Below, piece by piece: positions 59,859 through 64,000 of a DNA stretch of 64,000 bases. The DNA is taken from the NCBI RefSeq assembly GCF_009914755.1, contig NC_060936.1. One strand, written 5' to 3'. How positions within the stretch are numbered: the first letter of the stretch is position 1; each line of letters begins with the position of its first letter. The notes beneath the pieces were generated by a model. The model saw only the letters and a program-made list of their open reading frames with translations. It did no database searches and was not told the DNA's origin. The stretch is from the human T2T-CHM13v2.0 reference genome, Homo sapiens. The position numbers and the translations under genes were made by a program.

Positions 59859-60599
59859 TCAAAACAAAACAAAACAAACACATATATTCCTTTCTAAAAA
59901 TTAAATAGTTCTCTTGATCTTACCTTCAGCTTGAGAGGATAGAACAGTACCCTATATCTGCGCTCCCTTTTATTTATTTTTGACAGAGAGTCTCCCTATG
60001 TTGCCCAGGCTGGTCTTGAACTCCTGGGCTCAAGCAATTCTCCTGCCTCAGCTTCCCAAGTAGCTGGGATTACAGGCAGGTGCTGCTGGGCCTGGCCCAT
60101 ATGGTCCTTTTTAAAGCAAAATTCCAGGCCAGGCATGGTGACATGAACACTTTGGGAGGCCAAGGCAGGAGGATCACTTGAGGCCAGGAGGTTGAGACCA
60201 ACCTGGCCAACATGGTGAAACCCCGTCTTTACTAAAAACAACAAAAAAATTAAAATTAGCCTGGTGTGGTGGCTTGCACCTTTAATCCCACCACTTGGGA
60301 GGCTGAGGCAATAAGTACTGTTTGAGCCCAGGAAGTGGAGGCTGGAATGAGCCGAGATCGTGCCACTGCACTCCAGCCTGGGTGACACAGCAAAACTCTT
60401 ATCTGAAAAAAAACAAAAACAAAATTTCTCCATTTCCTTAAATAATTCCCTATTGAACCTATACCAGTAAGGCATTTGCCCCATTTCTCTATTTGAACCA
60501 TTCCTGTCAGTCATCAACAAACACTATCTTATGAAATCCAATGGTCAATTCTCGAGCCTTCTTACTCAACCACTCAACATCTGACAAAACCTATCATTC

Positions 60600-61378
<779 letters not shown>

Positions 61379-62371
61379 GGCTGGGCGTGATGGCTGGTGC
61401 CTGTAATCCCAGCACTTTGAAAGGCTGAGGAGGGCGGATCACCTGAGGTCAGGAGTTGGAGATCAGCCTGACGAACACGGTGAAACCCTGTCTGTACTAA
61501 AAATACAAAAAGTTAGCTAGGCGTAGTGGCGCATGCCTGTAATCCCAGCTACTCAGGAGGCTGAGGCAGGAGAATCACTTGAACCCAGGAGGCAGTGGTT
61601 GCGATGAGCCAAGATGGTGCCACTGCACTCCAACCTGGGTGACAGAGCAAGACTCCGCTGTCTCAAAAAATAAAAAAAAAAAGGAAATAAATTTTGGAAA
61701 GGAAGTGATAGTCAATGTGAGGTGCAAAATATACAGGTTTTGCAAGGAGCCCATTTATTATACATGACCAGGGCTAGGGTATTAACCATGGGAATAAATG
61801 ACTGAGGTGGACTGGAAAACAAGATGATTGGAAATGAGTGGACAAGAAACTGAGGGCCAGTTGTCTCCATACATCATGGAATAGCCAGGACTGATGACAG
61901 TAGGAATGGTGAAAACCAAGAGAATGAATCAGGCTTCTAAATTTTCAGAGAATGTGGGGGAAGTGACCCAGGAGTTCAGTAGATTATTACAATATCCTGA
62001 TGGCATGCACTGAAAAGAAGCTGAGTTTTTAAGGGATTAGCAACAGTTTGAAGTAGGCAAAGAGCAGCATCATAAGAGTTACAAACGAAATGCTGAACCT
62101 ACCCTGTAGTACTTTCAGAGAAGTGAGATCCTCTAACTTGAAAGATCAAGAAGGGGATCATGGGAAACGTGGCATTTATATGGACCTTGAAAGATGAAAA
62201 GAATTTTGAGAGAAATAGACTTGGAAAGATAATTCCAGGCAGAGAGATGCTATTACCAACCAAAGAGCTGACACTGCTCCACCCACGCCTGGTGCTTTTG
62301 CAAATCCGCCTCCAGAGCCCGTTGCTGTGGTGCTAGTAACATCCTTGGTATTACCAGAGCTGGTTAGCAGT

Positions 62372-62390
62372 TGGCCACCAGGTGGCAGTG
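62372..62390 (+). promoter_or_regulatory. CTCF consensus-like motif
   Basis: TGGCCACCAGGTGGCAGTG in non-Alu sequence. Confidence 0.7.
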
Positions 62391-63083
62391 TATATCTTTG
62401 CGCCATCCCTCCCAGTACTGGCCCTGGAGAAAAACTGGAAGTGAGAATTAGCACAGGTACAGCTGAGGTGAGATCAGTGGCTTGTGGATTGTGTATTTAG
62501 TTAGGCCTGAAGAAGCAAAGCCCTCAGAGAAGAGGATAAATTTGGGAACATTTAGGGAAAATATCAGGCAGAAGATAAAAGGAAAGGAAATTGCCTCAGG
62601 GCGAGAGTATAATGAGGTCTAAAAAGTAGTAGGGGGCTCTTGGAGGGACAGCCATGTCCTCCTGGCCATTCCTTTAGGAACTAGTTGGTCAGGATAGCCA
62701 CGCTGCCCTAGGCTTTACAAAACTCCGGAAATACACTCTTGGAACCAGAGGTGATAATTCACTGAATGAGGATTACCCCAACCAGCCACAGCGGGAAATC
62801 CTTGGAGAAGGTGTGCGCTGATTGGATCAGAGGCACAAAGGAAAAGAATCCCAGCATGAAGGACCAGTTGGAATGCCAAGACTCCATAAATCACTGCAAG
62901 AAAAACGCCTTATGGTGAGGGTTCTGGGATTTGGGATCATTTCCAGATGAGAATCCACAGATGACTCACTGCCTCACACAGTCCTTCTGAGGTTGTTAAA
63001 CAGATTGTTTCCATCAGTATTGAGTCAGGAATTGAGGCTGCTCCCCACTGCACTTACTTGTCAACTTTTTTTTTTTTTCCTGA

Positions 63084-63242
<159 letters not shown>

Positions 63243-64000
63243 TAGTAGAGACGGGGTTTCTCCATGTTGGTCGGGCTGGTCTCAAACTCCAGACCACAAG
63301 TGATCCACCCACCTCGGTCTCTCAAAGTGCTGGGATTACAGGCGTGAGCCACCTTGCCCGGCATCAACTGTTTTCATAAATTAATTATCAGTTGTTTAAA
63401 GAAAGAAGCAGCCAAAAGGAAGAACCAAAGAGAGAGGGGAGATGTGAAGATCTGTAGTGCAAGGTGAGGAAAAGGCACCAGAGCAACATTGGAAGAGAGT
63501 TTGGAGCAATAGTCTTTTTTTTGGTGGGGGGGAGGCTTGTTTATTCCCCATAATAATTTTCAAAAACTATGTATTTCCCCTACACATTTTTAAGTTGACA
63601 TCTAAGAAAATTTTTTTATGTTTAAGTAGCTTCCAGGGATTAATTTCTGCTGTCTATTATCTGGTATACATGCTTTCAGTACCACTGCTAGCTTTTCCAT
63701 TGCTTTTGTGCAAATTGGGCAAAGGTGCCCTTTTGGGAAAAAGCAGGTTTTCTAGGAACGGTACTCTTGTGTAAAGAAAAAATGTGCCCCTTCCTCTGGA
63801 TGAGGAGGAGAGCCTGGCCAGTGGATTGCAGGCTGTATTTCAGCCTCTACTTATCCCACAAAACCGCACAACTAAGTTTCAGCCCTTCACTTGTCCCGAA
63901 AACCATACAAACCATACATAAAAGCTTTGTAAACTTTAACTGAAAAAAAACAGGCCATGCGCGGAGGCTCACCCTTGTAATCCCAGCACTTTGAGGGGCT

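Overview
Human genomic DNA, extremely Alu-rich (by eye roughly half of the window). It carries the minus-strand gene SLC2A14 (GLUT14, the primate paralogue of SLC2A3/GLUT3, known to lie at 12p13.31 between NANOG and NANOGP1/SLC2A3). Nine coding exons (35083 down to the stop at 16913, all with canonical GT-AG sites) join into 1476 nt = 491 aa + stop, from [10 protein letters not shown]... to ...KETTTNV, with GLUT14-specific residues. A ~1.8-kb Alu-free 3' UTR follows. I could not find a recognisable start exon in the window, including any copy of the GLUT3 MGTQK exon, so 35084-64000 is a long upstream intron. The rest is Alu, L1, L2, CR1/L3, LTR (MER21A, MLT1A, MST), DNA-transposon remnants and six small-RNA retrocopies (Y1, 2x Y3, 2x U2 5' fragments, 7SL). 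Nearly all ORF-track entries are Alu artefacts. I see no demonstrable new biological system. The best leads are inferred splice and regulatory elements in the long intron: a promoter-like block whose exon ends in an in-frame ATG|GT, a 3-nt microexon, a 22-nt poison exon, a recursive-site motif and an antisense two-exon ORF. Several nested retrotransposition and template-switch events are also visible. Repeat family names come from recall of consensus sequences, not from a search.
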